Shown here piece by piece: positions 1-10,080 of a DNA stretch of 57,413 bases; position 1 is the first letter of the stretch, and each line of letters opens with the position of its first letter. The notes under the pieces are model-generated. The model was given only the letters and a program-made list of their open reading frames with translations, made no database searches and was not told the DNA's origin. This DNA is from an uncultured Desulfurococcales archaeon (GTDB lineage: Archaea; Thermoproteota; Thermoprotei_A; Sulfolobales; WANQ01), in contig CAYUVB010000001.1 in NCBI GenBank assembly GCA_964448055.1, positions 45,436-102,848 of the forward strand, in the 5' to 3' direction. The translations under genes were made by a program, and so were the position numbers.

Positions 1-605
1 ACTAGCTCCTATGATAGCTATAGACTTCGGCTGAAAGAATGGTTTAAGTTCATCCCTGATGCCCAAGGATATTTACCCAGGTAGCATAAGAAGACATCTA
101 GGAAATAAGAGTTTAGCTTAAAAATAGTGCAATTCTTCTAGGAAACAAGGTTTTCTTGCGTATGTTATTTCTACCTAGTACGTGTAGAGCTTTACACCAT
201 TTGAGTAAATCCTTATAGGCTTCTTCATATGATACAGGAAGCTCGGGCTCGAGGTAAACTATATATCTAGGCAAAGTTTCATAATCATAACTTGTTTTTC
301 ATATTTTATCTTTCATACATGCTAAAGTGCTCCACATCCATTTTTGCCGTCCTTACCACTCATTCTTATACTCATGCTGCTTCACACTATGGTAGAATAT
401 TCTTAGTATAGGTATTTCACTAAGTGATTCGTAGACAAAGGTAATTTATTACCAACAAGTTTAAATCACCCTATAATTCCATGACGCGAAGAGATATTAA
501 CTATTTAGATGCCCATGGTTTGGCCAATTGTAGCTAAGTTTTTATTGTTGCTCGGCCTTGCTACCTTATACTGAAGTCTATGTTTTTTCATGTTAGGCGA
601 TTAGC

Positions 606-1037
606 ATGGAGAAAGACTCTGTGGGCAAGGAATACAAGGAGTATATGGTTCTTACACTCGTTCTAGGAGTTATTGTATTAGTTTCATCTATTGTGTTCTT
701 GCATGAAGGCTTAATTGCTGTAGCAATACCACTACTTATAATACCTTCTACATACTTAATAGGCTTAAAAATCAATTCTATAGAGCTACTACGACGTTAC
801 GTACTCTATGGTTTATTTTTATCGGTGATACTCGAACTTGTACTCTTTGTCATCTCTATGACTATTACTGGTAAAGCCTTTAGTCTGAGTATCGGCTTGG
901 GTATACTAATTTACTTACTATACCATGAAACATGTGCGTGGCTTAATGAACGTAGGAATAAGACATGTAAAAGAACTACTGAGTATGCTGAGCGTGGGGA
1001 GATGAAAGATAATGATAATGTTGAAACGTGTTGTTAG
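606..1037 (+). CDS. small polytopic membrane protein, function unknown
   Basis: 143-aa ORF with 3-4 hydrophobic helices (LVLGVIVLVSSIVFL, AVAIPLLIIPSTYLIGL, LFLSVILELVLFVISM, GLGILIYLLY). No recognisable family. Confidence 0.45.
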   Translation: MEKDSVGKEYKEYMVLTLVLGVIVLVSSIVFLHEGLIAVAIPLLIIPSTYLIGLKINSIELLRRYVLYGLFLSVILELVLFVISMTITGKAFSLSIGLGILIYLLYHETCAWLNERRNKTCKRTTEYAERGEMKDNDNVETCC

Positions 1038-1073
1038 AAAAACGCTTGTTTCTAGATATACAGTTGCTTTGAA

Positions 1074-2075
1074 TTATTTTAGTAGAGTGTATGTGGCTTT
1101 AACTAGATCAGCCATAGTTTTTAATCCTGGTTCTAGTTCAACAACTCTAGGAGCTATGTTTACTATTACTGCAGCTGTGCCTATGTCGCCTGGTGTTCCA
1201 GTGCTTCTCCAAGTAATTGTTGGCTCGCCTTCAATCTTTATTTCTTCATACTCGTCGTTGCCTACTATTGCGTGGAATTCTATCCTAATAACTTCTTTAT
1301 CTCCTACTAATCCTCTACCGAATCCTTTCACACCTTTTACTTGTCCAGGCTTTATCTCGTAGTATGGGGTCTTGAGTTCTTCTCCCTCGCCCGTTATTAC
1401 AGGCTCTTGGCCTTCTTCTACTTTTGTCAACTTTATTCCAAGCATTTCGGCAATTAAGTACACTGATTCAGCGTACCCTACATGAGCCGTAAGTTCACCT
1501 CTACTTAGCTTTTCCCTGAACTCCTCGGGTGTAAGGCTTAATCCTATCTTCTTTTGGAAACTCTTTCTTCTCTTACCAGCATCTATACTCCTAATAGCTA
1601 TTATTTTATCTACTCTTACATGAGGCAAGCTTAGTACAGCAGGTAATGTGTCTAGAAGAAATCCTGGATTAATCCCCGTACCCAACACTGTCACTCCATG
1701 TACCTTAGCATAGTTATCAAGCGGTTCTGCTAGATGTGGATATCGATAATAGGGGTAGCTTAGTGTTTCGCAAGTTGATACAATGTTTATTTTATTCTTT
1801 ATAGTTATAACTAGTTGAGGTAATGCTTTATCAAGCCAGCTGGTTGTGGCATGAAATACTATGTCAGGTTTAACTGGCCTAAATGCATGTTCTGGATTAG
1901 ATGTTACTATTACTCCAAGTTTTTCTCCTAAACCTACGACATCGCCTAAATCTCTACCCACTTTTGATGGGTCTATGTCTATCGCACCAACTATTTCATA
2001 ACCTTTCATAACAGCATATTTCGTTATAAGTGCACCTATAGGTCCTACACCATATATTACAGCTTTCAACGACAA
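1074..2075 (-). CDS. NAD(P)-dependent DapB-like amine dehydrogenase (2,4-diaminopentanoate dehydrogenase-type family)
   Basis: 333-aa ORF with an N-terminal Rossmann motif (VIYGVGPIGALI). The IVGAIDIDPSKVGRDLGD segment and overall length are typical of DapB-related amine dehydrogenases. Family assigned from memory. Confidence 0.6.
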   Translation of the reverse strand: MSLKAVIYGVGPIGALITKYAVMKGYEIVGAIDIDPSKVGRDLGDVVGLGEKLGVIVTSNPEHAFRPVKPDIVFHATTSWLDKALPQLVITIKNKINIVSTCETLSYPYYRYPHLAEPLDNYAKVHGVTVLGTGINPGFLLDTLPAVLSLPHVRVDKIIAIRSIDAGKRRKSFQKKIGLSLTPEEFREKLSRGELTAHVGYAESVYLIAEMLGIKLTKVEEGQEPVITGEGEELKTPYYEIKPGQVKGVKGFGRGLVGDKEVIRIEFHAIVGNDEYEEIKIEGEPTITWRSTGTPGDIGTAAVIVNIAPRVVELEPGLKTMADLVKATYTLLK

Positions 2076-2172
2076 GCCCTACACCCCTTAGTTTAAGAAA
2101 AAGGTCTAACCTAGTGCAATATGGTGGCGTGTGTTAATATTTCTTGTCTAATAGTTCAACACTAGTGGGTAG

Positions 2173-3702
2173 CTATATTAATGCTATTCCAGAGCTATCC
2201 CTGGGGTCACTAACTGCCTCTACAATATGCTTACTGTACAATACTCTAGCTGCATTTATAACGCCTAGGCTATCTGATGGATAAGCATAAATGTGTATAT
2301 GATAGCTCCATGTATCCAGTTGCATTAGATCTTCGTAGCCTTCCTCTACATCAACTATTAGTCCTGACCTATAACGTAATCTTGGTGATCCTATAGCTTC
2401 TGATAGACTCTGCTTATAGAACAAGTGTTTAAGAATTATTTGAGAATAGTATTGTTGTTTAAACCCTCCACCTCTACCAGCTAACCCTATAGTAAAGTTA
2501 TGTTCTCGATCTTCTATTATTGGTGATGAGAGAGTTGTTATAGGGTGTTTTGATGGTTCTAGTTTATTTATTCCTGCTGGACTAAATAATGCTGTACCAG
2601 CATTCAATGTTATACCTGTCTTTCTAACGGTAATACCTGAGCCAAAAGGTGTATACAGACTCTGTGTGCCTACAATTACATCGCCATTAATTGATGCAAT
2701 AATAAAGCCTGTGGATCCATGTTTAGGTATATTTATCTTTGCTTTAACGTCATCTACGCTATCATCTATTATAGAGTCTATTTTACTAATATTCTCTAGC
2801 AACGTGTCACGTAATGAATATGTTTTACGGTAGACCTCGGCTACGAATCTTACGTACTCCTTAGAATAAAGTCTAGGTCTATGTTCTTCAAGGATTCTAG
2901 ACATCAAAAGTAATGATGCTTGTACAAGTACTCCTTGACTTGGTGGGGGTATTTCATATACCTTAATTTTTCCATTGAGCTCTAGTATTAATGGCTCAGT
3001 TTTAATAGCATGATAGCTAGCTAGATCCTCTAACTCGAGTACTCCTCCCTTGCGTTTAACATGTTTAACTATTAGCTCAGCTATGTCGCCTTCATAAAAT
3101 CTTCTAGGATCTTCAGCTATTTTTTCAAGTGTTTCAGCTAGAAATTCAGGCCCTATCTTATCTCCTATATTGGGTATTCTCCCTTGATACATATATGCTC
3201 TAATAGTTTGAGGATCTCTTGATATATGAGTATACATTTCCTTTAGATATCTTATTAGTTTATGATCTGCTGGTATACCGTGACGTGCTATCCTAATAGC
3301 TGGTGCAACAAGATCTTTAAGATCTGTTTTAGAGTAATCCTTATGTAATAATCTTATTACGTCTATCATTCCTGGGACAAGAATACTTAATGGACCATAA
3401 TCGGGTATGGAATTGTATCCCATAGAGTAAATTAGTTCTAATGACAGTTTTCTTGGCGACTTACCTACTCCAAGATATGCTTTTATATTACCATTTTTCT
3501 TTACAAGTACTGCTAAGTCACCACCAATACCAGCAATATATGATTCAACGACGCTTAGTACTAGGCTGGTAGTGATAGCAGCATCTACTATATTACCTGT
3601 TTCTTCAAGAACCCTTAATCCTAGATATGATGCAATAGGATTACTCGAAACGACCAAGCCTTGAGTACCATATGCAGTGTACCCTTCTATGACCTTAATC
3701 AA
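2173..3702 (-). CDS. ggt: gamma-glutamyltranspeptidase family protein (Ntn hydrolase)
   Basis: 509-aa ORF with the GGT N-terminal pattern (GTQGLVVSSNPIASYLGLRVLEETGNIVDAAITT). A candidate autoprocessing/nucleophile Thr lies in HGSTGFIIASINGDVIV. No signal peptide seen. Confidence 0.8.
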   Translation of the reverse strand: MIKVIEGYTAYGTQGLVVSSNPIASYLGLRVLEETGNIVDAAITTSLVLSVVESYIAGIGGDLAVLVKKNGNIKAYLGVGKSPRKLSLELIYSMGYNSIPDYGPLSILVPGMIDVIRLLHKDYSKTDLKDLVAPAIRIARHGIPADHKLIRYLKEMYTHISRDPQTIRAYMYQGRIPNIGDKIGPEFLAETLEKIAEDPRRFYEGDIAELIVKHVKRKGGVLELEDLASYHAIKTEPLILELNGKIKVYEIPPPSQGVLVQASLLLMSRILEEHRPRLYSKEYVRFVAEVYRKTYSLRDTLLENISKIDSIIDDSVDDVKAKINIPKHGSTGFIIASINGDVIVGTQSLYTPFGSGITVRKTGITLNAGTALFSPAGINKLEPSKHPITTLSSPIIEDREHNFTIGLAGRGGGFKQQYYSQIILKHLFYKQSLSEAIGSPRLRYRSGLIVDVEEGYEDLMQLDTWSYHIHIYAYPSDSLGVINAARVLYSKHIVEAVSDPRDSSGIALI

Positions 3703-3756
3703 TCTTCGGCACTCTCCATATTAGTAAAATATTTTATGGTTTAGGGTCTAAGAGGG

Positions 3757-5103
3757 CTACTCCCCTACCAATCCCTCTACTGTTTTCAAGAATTCTTCAA
3801 ATGCTTCTAGGAATTCATTTGCGTCTTTTAATGTATGTGTTGATGCTAGTAGTAGGTGGCTAGTATCTTCTGTTAGGAATACTATTCCTTTTAGCAGCAT
3901 GTACTTGTGGAACACCTTATTTATCAATGGGTGTACCTTATTTTCATGAACTTCCCTTACATTCTTGGGCTTGTCTTTCATGAAATGTATCCCTATCATT
4001 GAGCCAGCACTGGTAATACTTACTGGTACTTTGGATCTCTGCCCTATGTCATCTAGTGCTGATGCCAGTTTACCACTAAGCCAATTTAAGTAATCATAGA
4101 ATCCCGGCTTTTCTAGTATTTCTAATGTAGCATATCCAGCAATCATTGATACAGGATTGCCTGCAAAAGTGCCGCCATGGAAGCTTCTCTTTTCTTTAGG
4201 CGTCTTAGTGTAATCTAATGTCTCCATAATTTCTCTTGTAGAAGCAAATGCACCTATAGGGAATCCTCCACCAATGATTTTACCGAAGACCACTACGTCT
4301 GCTCTAATGCCATAGTACTCTTGTGCGCCTCCTAAACCCAATCTAAAACCTGTTATTACTTCATCGAATATTAAGAGTGAACCATATTCATCACATAGCT
4401 CTCTTACTCTTTCAATGAATTCTTGTTCAGCCGGTATAACGCCTGCAGCACCTTGTACTGGTTCCATAATCACACCAGCTATGTCATTGCCGTGTTCACG
4501 GAATGTTTTCTCTAGCTCGTCTACATCGTTGAATTTAACAACGAGTGTATGTGCTACAGCTTCTTCGGGTAAGCCTGCAGATCCAAGCCATGTACCTGGC
4601 TTAACAGCTACATGTAGTTGATCATAACCTCCATGCCATCCTCCTTCGAATTTCACGATCTTTTTCCTTCCAGTATAGGCTCTTACAAGTCTTATGGCAT
4701 ACATGTTTGCCTCTGTTCCACTATTAGTAAAACGTATCATTTCTATGCTTGGTACATGTTTTATTATCTTCTCTGCAAGTTTTAGTGCATACTCGTGTTC
4801 AAATCCCCAGTGACTACCTTTGTCTAGTTGCTCCTTAACCTTAGACATTACTTGTTCATTAGCATGTCCTAGTATAAGTGCGCCATGACCCATCCAGTAA
4901 TCTGTGTATTCGTTGCCATCAACATCACGTACCTTTGAACCCTTGGCTTCAATAACATAGAATGGATAAGGCTCAAAGAATCGAATATGGTATGTAACGC
5001 CCATAGGGAGAAGGTTTCTAGCCTTACCGTATAGTTCTTGACTTTTTGGAGTCTTCTTCTTGTATTCAGACAAGAGCTTACCGTATAGCTCCTCAAGACC
5101 CAA
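3757..5103 (-). CDS. class III PLP-dependent aminotransferase / glutamate-1-semialdehyde aminomutase-like protein
   Basis: 448-aa ORF with a HemL-like layout (VRDVDGNEYTDYWMGHGALILGH, FDEVITGFR). The PLP-lysine motif is VVFGKIIGGGFPIGAF. Confidence 0.8.
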   Translation of the reverse strand: MGLEELYGKLLSEYKKKTPKSQELYGKARNLLPMGVTYHIRFFEPYPFYVIEAKGSKVRDVDGNEYTDYWMGHGALILGHANEQVMSKVKEQLDKGSHWGFEHEYALKLAEKIIKHVPSIEMIRFTNSGTEANMYAIRLVRAYTGRKKIVKFEGGWHGGYDQLHVAVKPGTWLGSAGLPEEAVAHTLVVKFNDVDELEKTFREHGNDIAGVIMEPVQGAAGVIPAEQEFIERVRELCDEYGSLLIFDEVITGFRLGLGGAQEYYGIRADVVVFGKIIGGGFPIGAFASTREIMETLDYTKTPKEKRSFHGGTFAGNPVSMIAGYATLEILEKPGFYDYLNWLSGKLASALDDIGQRSKVPVSITSAGSMIGIHFMKDKPKNVREVHENKVHPLINKVFHKYMLLKGIVFLTEDTSHLLLASTHTLKDANEFLEAFEEFLKTVEGLVGE

Positions 5104-5240
5104 GACTTAGACCTCGTGGAGTTTATTGGGATCAAGGTGTTCTGGGAGATAAGTAATGCCTAACCACTAATATATGCTAATGAGTCATTACCATAAGGTT
5201 TTGATAGGCTACATACAATAATATTATACAAGGTGTAAGT

Positions 5241-5822
5241 GTGACTGCAAGGTCAATAGATCCTCTTGAGAAGATAAGGAAATGGCTTCGAAGCGAACCC
5301 GCTGAATCATCATGGCATCCCGCAGATCAAGGATGGAAAACTATTATAGATGTAGATGAGAGAACAGGGTTAAGGGTATTAAAAGCTAGAAGTAATAAAC
5401 TACCTTTCGAGCTTTCAGCCTTCATTCTCCCAAGCGGTAAATGTATACGCTTAACTGTTTCAAGTGGTGTTGAAACTGAAGGTATAGATAAGAGTTTAAG
5501 AGTTCTAATATATCGTGAACTACTTATACTTAATTCTATAGTGGAATTAGTTAAATATGTTATTATTTCGCCTAAAGATACTCTTGCTGTAGCAGTAGAT
5601 CTTGAAGTAAGCGCATTAGATGAAAACATATTTAGAGATAGCTTGCTTGCACTGTTTGCAGGCTTAATAGTTATGATAGAAAGATTAGGGTTAACTGAGC
5701 TATTAACTCCCACAGCTCGAGGTGCTTTAGCTAAAATTCATGAAAGTCTATTACGTGAGTACAGTATACCGTCGCCATTAGACTTTATATCTAGAGTACA
5801 TGTACCTAAAGTAACAAGTTGA
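5241..5822 (+). CDS. hypothetical cytoplasmic protein
   Basis: 193-aa ORF with a GTG start, divergent from the aminotransferase gene. No motif recognised. The antisense ORF 5327-5713 is judged spurious. Confidence 0.4.
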   Translation: MTARSIDPLEKIRKWLRSEPAESSWHPADQGWKTIIDVDERTGLRVLKARSNKLPFELSAFILPSGKCIRLTVSSGVETEGIDKSLRVLIYRELLILNSIVELVKYVIISPKDTLAVAVDLEVSALDENIFRDSLLALFAGLIVMIERLGLTELLTPTARGALAKIHESLLREYSIPSPLDFISRVHVPKVTS

Positions 5823-5912
5823 ATAGAAGAGTATTTATTCTACTATTTAAAGTATTTAAAGCACAGTTAGCTAAGACAAGGAAATATTGGCTGTAGAGGC
5901 GCTGGCATAGCC

Positions 5913-6812
5913 TTGCCAATACTGGAGGCTCGAGGACTTGTAAAACGTTTTGGCAAAATCGTAGCGGTCGACAATTTGGATATAACCATAGGCAGAGGGG
6001 ATATCATAGGTTTAATAGGCCCAAACGGTGCTGGTAAGACTACAACTATTAGATTATGTCTTGGAATATTAAGAAGAGATAGAGGTATAGTTAAACTATT
6101 TGGATATGATCCATTCTATGAACCAAAATCTAGAGAGAGGGTAGGAGTAATATTTGAGAATCCTAGCTTTCCAGAGACAACTACAGTCGGGAAATTCTTA
6201 TCGCACACTGCTAGGATTTACGGTGTAGGCATTGAAAGAGTAAGAGAAGTACTTAAGGTAACTGGTTTAGTAGAGAAACAATCTTCTTCCATAAAAACAC
6301 TGAGTGCTGGGCAGAAACAAAGGCTTGCATTTGCTCATGCATTGATACACGAGCCTGAACTAATTATAACAGATGAGCCTACAAATAATCTTGATCCTCT
6401 AGGTAGAAGTGAAGTATTAGACTTATTATCAAATTTAAATAAAGATTATGGTATAACCATACTTATATCATCTCATGTTCTCCCAGAGCTTTCAAGAATA
6501 ATTAACCGTATTGCACTGATAAATAGAGGTAAGATAGTATTTCGGGGAAGTCCATCCGAAATCGAGAATATGTTAAAGGAGAAAATTATTAGAATTAGGG
6601 TAAACGACATAGATAGGATGATTAAATTATTATCACAATATTTCGATAGGGTAGAGGTTAGAGGAGCAAGTGTCATAGTCTACACTGATAATCCTGGAGA
6701 AGTCTATCGTATTGTAGGAGAAATTATGATAAGGCATAGAGTAATGGTATATGGCGTTGAAAGTCTTGAGATACAACTAGAGGAACTCCTACGTAAAATT
6801 ACTAGGAGTTGA
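5913..6812 (+). CDS. ABC transporter ATP-binding protein
   Basis: Walker A GPNGAGKTT, ABC signature LSAGQKQR and Walker B LIITDEP. TTG start. Confidence 0.9.
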   Translation: MPILEARGLVKRFGKIVAVDNLDITIGRGDIIGLIGPNGAGKTTTIRLCLGILRRDRGIVKLFGYDPFYEPKSRERVGVIFENPSFPETTTVGKFLSHTARIYGVGIERVREVLKVTGLVEKQSSSIKTLSAGQKQRLAFAHALIHEPELIITDEPTNNLDPLGRSEVLDLLSNLNKDYGITILISSHVLPELSRIINRIALINRGKIVFRGSPSEIENMLKEKIIRIRVNDIDRMIKLLSQYFDRVEVRGASVIVYTDNPGEVYRIVGEIMIRHRVMVYGVESLEIQLEELLRKITRS

Positions 6813-7555
6813 AGAACATGGGTAGAGCATTAGCATTTCTATCAATGGAATTAGAGGATATAACACGTCCACCTATATATGATGCTTTATTAGTAGTATC
6901 TATGATTTTAGGAGGTCTCTATGCTTCTGTAATACCACGTATTAGTGCAATTAAACTCGCAATAGATGTTACTAGCATACCCTTATTCATAGCAATAATA
7001 TACCTTGCTATCAGAGGTTCAGCTGGTTTAGCATCTCTGGTATCAAATAATGTATTTCAATTATATCTTACATATCCATTATCCAGAGGAATAATATTAA
7101 TGGTGCTTCTCATAACACGTATACTATTACCATCAATTCTAATTGTAGGGGCTCCTTTACTTATAACAAGTATAATAATGTTTGGTATAGTATCTGAGAA
7201 GCCTCTTGAAGTGTTAATTGTATTCACTGGTAGAATCATATACTTGTACTTCATAGGAGTAATATTCATGTTAATAGCACTAGGTACGAAAAGAACAGCA
7301 CTTGCAGGTGTATTATCCATCGTGTTTTACTTTGCATATACCTTCATAACAGGGATAATGACAACATTATCACTTGTACTAGAATTACAAGTGTTTAGAT
7401 ATATTGCTCTCTCATTAATGTTTTCAGATACATTAAATAACTACGTAATAGGATTGAATGTGCCTTATTGGACACTAATACCTATACCACTAGCATCAAT
7501 CATTCTAACAATTCTACTATACATATACTTTACAAGGAGGTTCGAGCCAACATGA
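6809..7555 (+). CDS. ABC-2 type transporter permease
   Basis: 248-aa polytopic membrane ORF of about 6 helices. It overlaps the ATPase stop by 4 nt, which suggests translational coupling. Confidence 0.65.
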   Translation: MKNMGRALAFLSMELEDITRPPIYDALLVVSMILGGLYASVIPRISAIKLAIDVTSIPLFIAIIYLAIRGSAGLASLVSNNVFQLYLTYPLSRGIILMVLLITRILLPSILIVGAPLLITSIIMFGIVSEKPLEVLIVFTGRIIYLYFIGVIFMLIALGTKRTALAGVLSIVFYFAYTFITGIMTTLSLVLELQVFRYIALSLMFSDTLNNYVIGLNVPYWTLIPIPLASIILTILLYIYFTRRFEPT

Positions 7556-8193
7556 TAAATATATTTAAAGAAATGTCATGGTTTCATAGAACATGTATTT
7601 GGATAGGCGTTGCATTGATAATACTTGTATTTCTAGGCACAAGTATTAGGGCAAGTCAAGCAACTAATATAGAATTATCACCTTTAAACATATTTAATAA
7701 TGGTAGTATAATTATAGCAGCTACTGGAGGTGAAGGTCTACTAAGTGTAAAGATCCATGGAGGAACATACGAGGTATACGAGTACTCCATTGAAGACGTT
7801 GATGCCACTAGGTTCATATTAAACATATCGATGGAGCAACCAATAGTTATCGAGGCTGACACGGATGTATTCTCTGGTACAACAATAATAGCGGCATCAT
7901 TCAACTACTACGTTAAGGATTTATTTGAGCAACTGGATAGTAAGGGAAAACATCTAGGATTAATAGAGCTGGGTCAAAACAAGGAATGGATATATAATAA
8001 ACATGTGGTTCTAGGGAAATTATTAGCATTATACATAGAAATCTATAATAGGACAAATACTAATATAGAGATAACATTTCATCCTATAATTTTAGGCATT
8101 ACTGGACCCGAAGCAACGATAGCGTTAGGTGCGATATTAATACTGATTCCATTAACACATACTCTATTTACTAAACGTGCAGCTAAGCAATGA
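7552..8193 (+). CDS. membrane-anchored extracytoplasmic protein, probable accessory subunit of the ABC-2 system
   Basis: The ORF track opens at 7468, but the in-frame ATG at 7552 forms an ATGA overlap with the permease stop. The product has an N-terminal TM (CIWIGVALIILVFLG), a beta-rich domain and a C-terminal TM (ATIALGAILILIPL). Confidence 0.5.
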   Translation: MINIFKEMSWFHRTCIWIGVALIILVFLGTSIRASQATNIELSPLNIFNNGSIIIAATGGEGLLSVKIHGGTYEVYEYSIEDVDATRFILNISMEQPIVIEADTDVFSGTTIIAASFNYYVKDLFEQLDSKGKHLGLIELGQNKEWIYNKHVVLGKLLALYIEIYNRTNTNIEITFHPIILGITGPEATIALGAILILIPLTHTLFTKRAAKQ

Positions 8194-8383
8194 GGTCATT
8201 AGACCCTCCATATTTCTATACTTGATGAAGTAGTGCAATATAATTAAGATAAAGTTGATAGAAATAGTGTGAATACCATATCCAATACAATTCCAATACT
8301 ATTCATGTATTATGTGTATTAGGGCTAGGTTTTATAGTTTAAACTTTAATCTAGTCACAATGTATTGGGGGACTGACGGCTCT

Positions 8384-9079
8384 ATGGGTATTGAGCATAA
8401 GCGTAGAGTTGAAGCATATATATCGAATGTTGAGCAAGCCTTAGAGAACATCAAGGTAATTGACGAAAAAGCACGGCAAATAGTAGAGCTTGCCAGGAAT
8501 TATCTAGATGACTCAAGATACTACCTTGAAAAAGGTGATGTTTTTACATCCTTAGCCTGTATCGCTTATGCTGAAGGATTACTTGACACTCTTGCTAGGT
8601 TGGGACTAGTAGAATTGTCTTGGAAACCATTGAGTAGTTTGATGAGTAGACCTAGAGTCCTAGTAGCAGGTACTTTTGAAATAATCCATCCAGGACACAT
8701 AGAGTTATTACATAAAGCTTGGGAAAAAGGCAGAGTGTATGTAATTGTTTCACGAGACGTTAATGCAGAGAAGTTTAAGAAAAGGAAAATAATTATACCG
8801 GAGGATCAAAGACTTAATGTTGTTTCAGCAATAAAGTATGTACATAAAGCTATTCTAGGCGATGAGAATGATATACTTAAGCCTTTAGAGGTGATTAAGC
8901 CAGACATAATTCTCTTAGGACCGGATCAAGGGGTTAATGAAGACTGGCTTAAACAAGAATTACGTAAACGTGGAATAAATGCTAAAGTTGAAAGACTTGA
9001 AAGCAAAGTAGAGTGTCCATTATGTAGTACTAGTAAGATCATTGAGAAAATAGCTAATATGAAGTGTAGGGAAAACTAG
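8384..9079 (+). CDS. ribL: DUF357-like helical domain fused to archaeal FAD synthase (FMN adenylyltransferase, cytidylyltransferase fold)
   Basis: Nucleotidyltransferase motif VLVAGTFEIIHPGHIELL followed by VYVIVSRD...IIPEDQRL. The N-terminal ~85 aa resemble DUF357. The ATG at 8384 is preferred over the 8312 ORF start. Confidence 0.7.
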   Translation: MGIEHKRRVEAYISNVEQALENIKVIDEKARQIVELARNYLDDSRYYLEKGDVFTSLACIAYAEGLLDTLARLGLVELSWKPLSSLMSRPRVLVAGTFEIIHPGHIELLHKAWEKGRVYVIVSRDVNAEKFKKRKIIIPEDQRLNVVSAIKYVHKAILGDENDILKPLEVIKPDIILLGPDQGVNEDWLKQELRKRGINAKVERLESKVECPLCSTSKIIEKIANMKCREN

Positions 9080-10023
9080 CTTTCACCTATCAAGTCTCCT
9101 AGTATAAGTGGGATTACTATCGTTGCATCACCATAAACTACAACATGCTTACTAGTAGGTTTCAATTTTCCCCAACTAATAGCTTCTCTAGGATGAGCAC
9201 CACTTAAACTACCATCATATTCTACAGCTGTTGTTATGTAGACTACATAGTCTAGTCCATCCATGAATTGGCTCCACCATATTACATGATGTTTACTAAT
9301 ACCACCGCCTACTATTAATGCAGTACTTTTACCCTTATTCGTAAAGACTATTTCGGCGAGCCTAGACATATCCTTGAAGTAATCTATCTTGAATCTATGA
9401 AGCTGGCTGTAAGTGAACAAGGCTGTACCAAAAGCACCATCAGGCCATCCTGGGACAAATACCGGTACTTTCTTCTCGTATGCGGCTCTAAGTATAGAGT
9501 TTTCATCATCTATTCTTGCCCCTATCTCCCATAATAACTCGTAAACACTCCATTCTTCTCTCTTTTGTGTAACTTCATCCAGTATTTGGTGAACAGCTTT
9601 TTCGATTGTAGGACCATAGCTTTCTACAGGTACGTAAATATTCCCTAGTCTATGTATGTCTAATTTTCTTAAGAAACCATCATCGGCTTCAAAGAACCCC
9701 TTATAGTACTTCGCCTTAAACCCTCTAGCAATATCATGGTCTATTGCGCCACATGTTGTGACAACGACATTAAATAACCCTTTACGTATAGCTTGTGCAA
9801 AAATCCCTCGAAGACCAGTTGCAATAAGATTTCCAGTAAATGAAATAAATCTTACATTGCTTTCCTTTAATCCTTCACTTAATATGTTTATAGCTCTTAC
9901 AATATGATTGGCCATGAACCCATGAATATTACTGTATATTTTAATTAATTCCTTCAATGTTATATTGCTATATACTTTTACATCCTTAACCGGCTCTTTT
10001 AATAATTCCTCCCTACTTCTCAA
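9076..10023 (-). CDS. dys: deoxyhypusine synthase
   Basis: 315-aa ORF with characteristic segments FTGNLIATGLRGIFAQAIRKGLFNVVVTTCGAIDHDIAR and LIVGGGISKHHVIW. Confidence 0.9.
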   Translation of the reverse strand: MRSREELLKEPVKDVKVYSNITLKELIKIYSNIHGFMANHIVRAINILSEGLKESNVRFISFTGNLIATGLRGIFAQAIRKGLFNVVVTTCGAIDHDIARGFKAKYYKGFFEADDGFLRKLDIHRLGNIYVPVESYGPTIEKAVHQILDEVTQKREEWSVYELLWEIGARIDDENSILRAAYEKKVPVFVPGWPDGAFGTALFTYSQLHRFKIDYFKDMSRLAEIVFTNKGKSTALIVGGGISKHHVIWWSQFMDGLDYVVYITTAVEYDGSLSGAHPREAISWGKLKPTSKHVVVYGDATIVIPLILGDLIGES

Positions 10024-10080
10024 GTCTAGTTATCACCCATGATGGAATGATGTGTTAGGGTTTATTAGACTGTCTTAGTA

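Noticed and set aside
1-80. UAUGAUAG...CUGA string at the very start of the window as a C/D sRNA
   Set aside because: The C box is degenerate, only one box pair is present, and the element is truncated by the window edge.
1012-1362. 116-aa plus-strand ORF overlapping the amine dehydrogenase gene
   Set aside because: It is antisense to a well-supported 333-aa gene and its composition is low-complexity Ser/Thr/Pro-rich. The same reasoning applies to other shadow ORFs: 593-775, 4415-4621, 4869-5135, 5327-5713, 6473-6676, 7057-7320, 7656-7904, 10065-10301, 11783-12019 and 12890-13141.
7468-7551. The first 28 codons of the ORF-track entry 7468-8193
   Set aside because: This stretch lies inside the upstream permease gene. 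The in-frame ATG at 7552 gives a typical ATGA stop/start overlap and a sensible N-terminal membrane anchor.
8221-8260. UUGAUGA C-box-like string in the spacer upstream of ribL
   Set aside because: No CUGA lies 10-13 nt downstream, there is no second box pair, and the sequence is AT-rich, unlike the other sRNA candidates.
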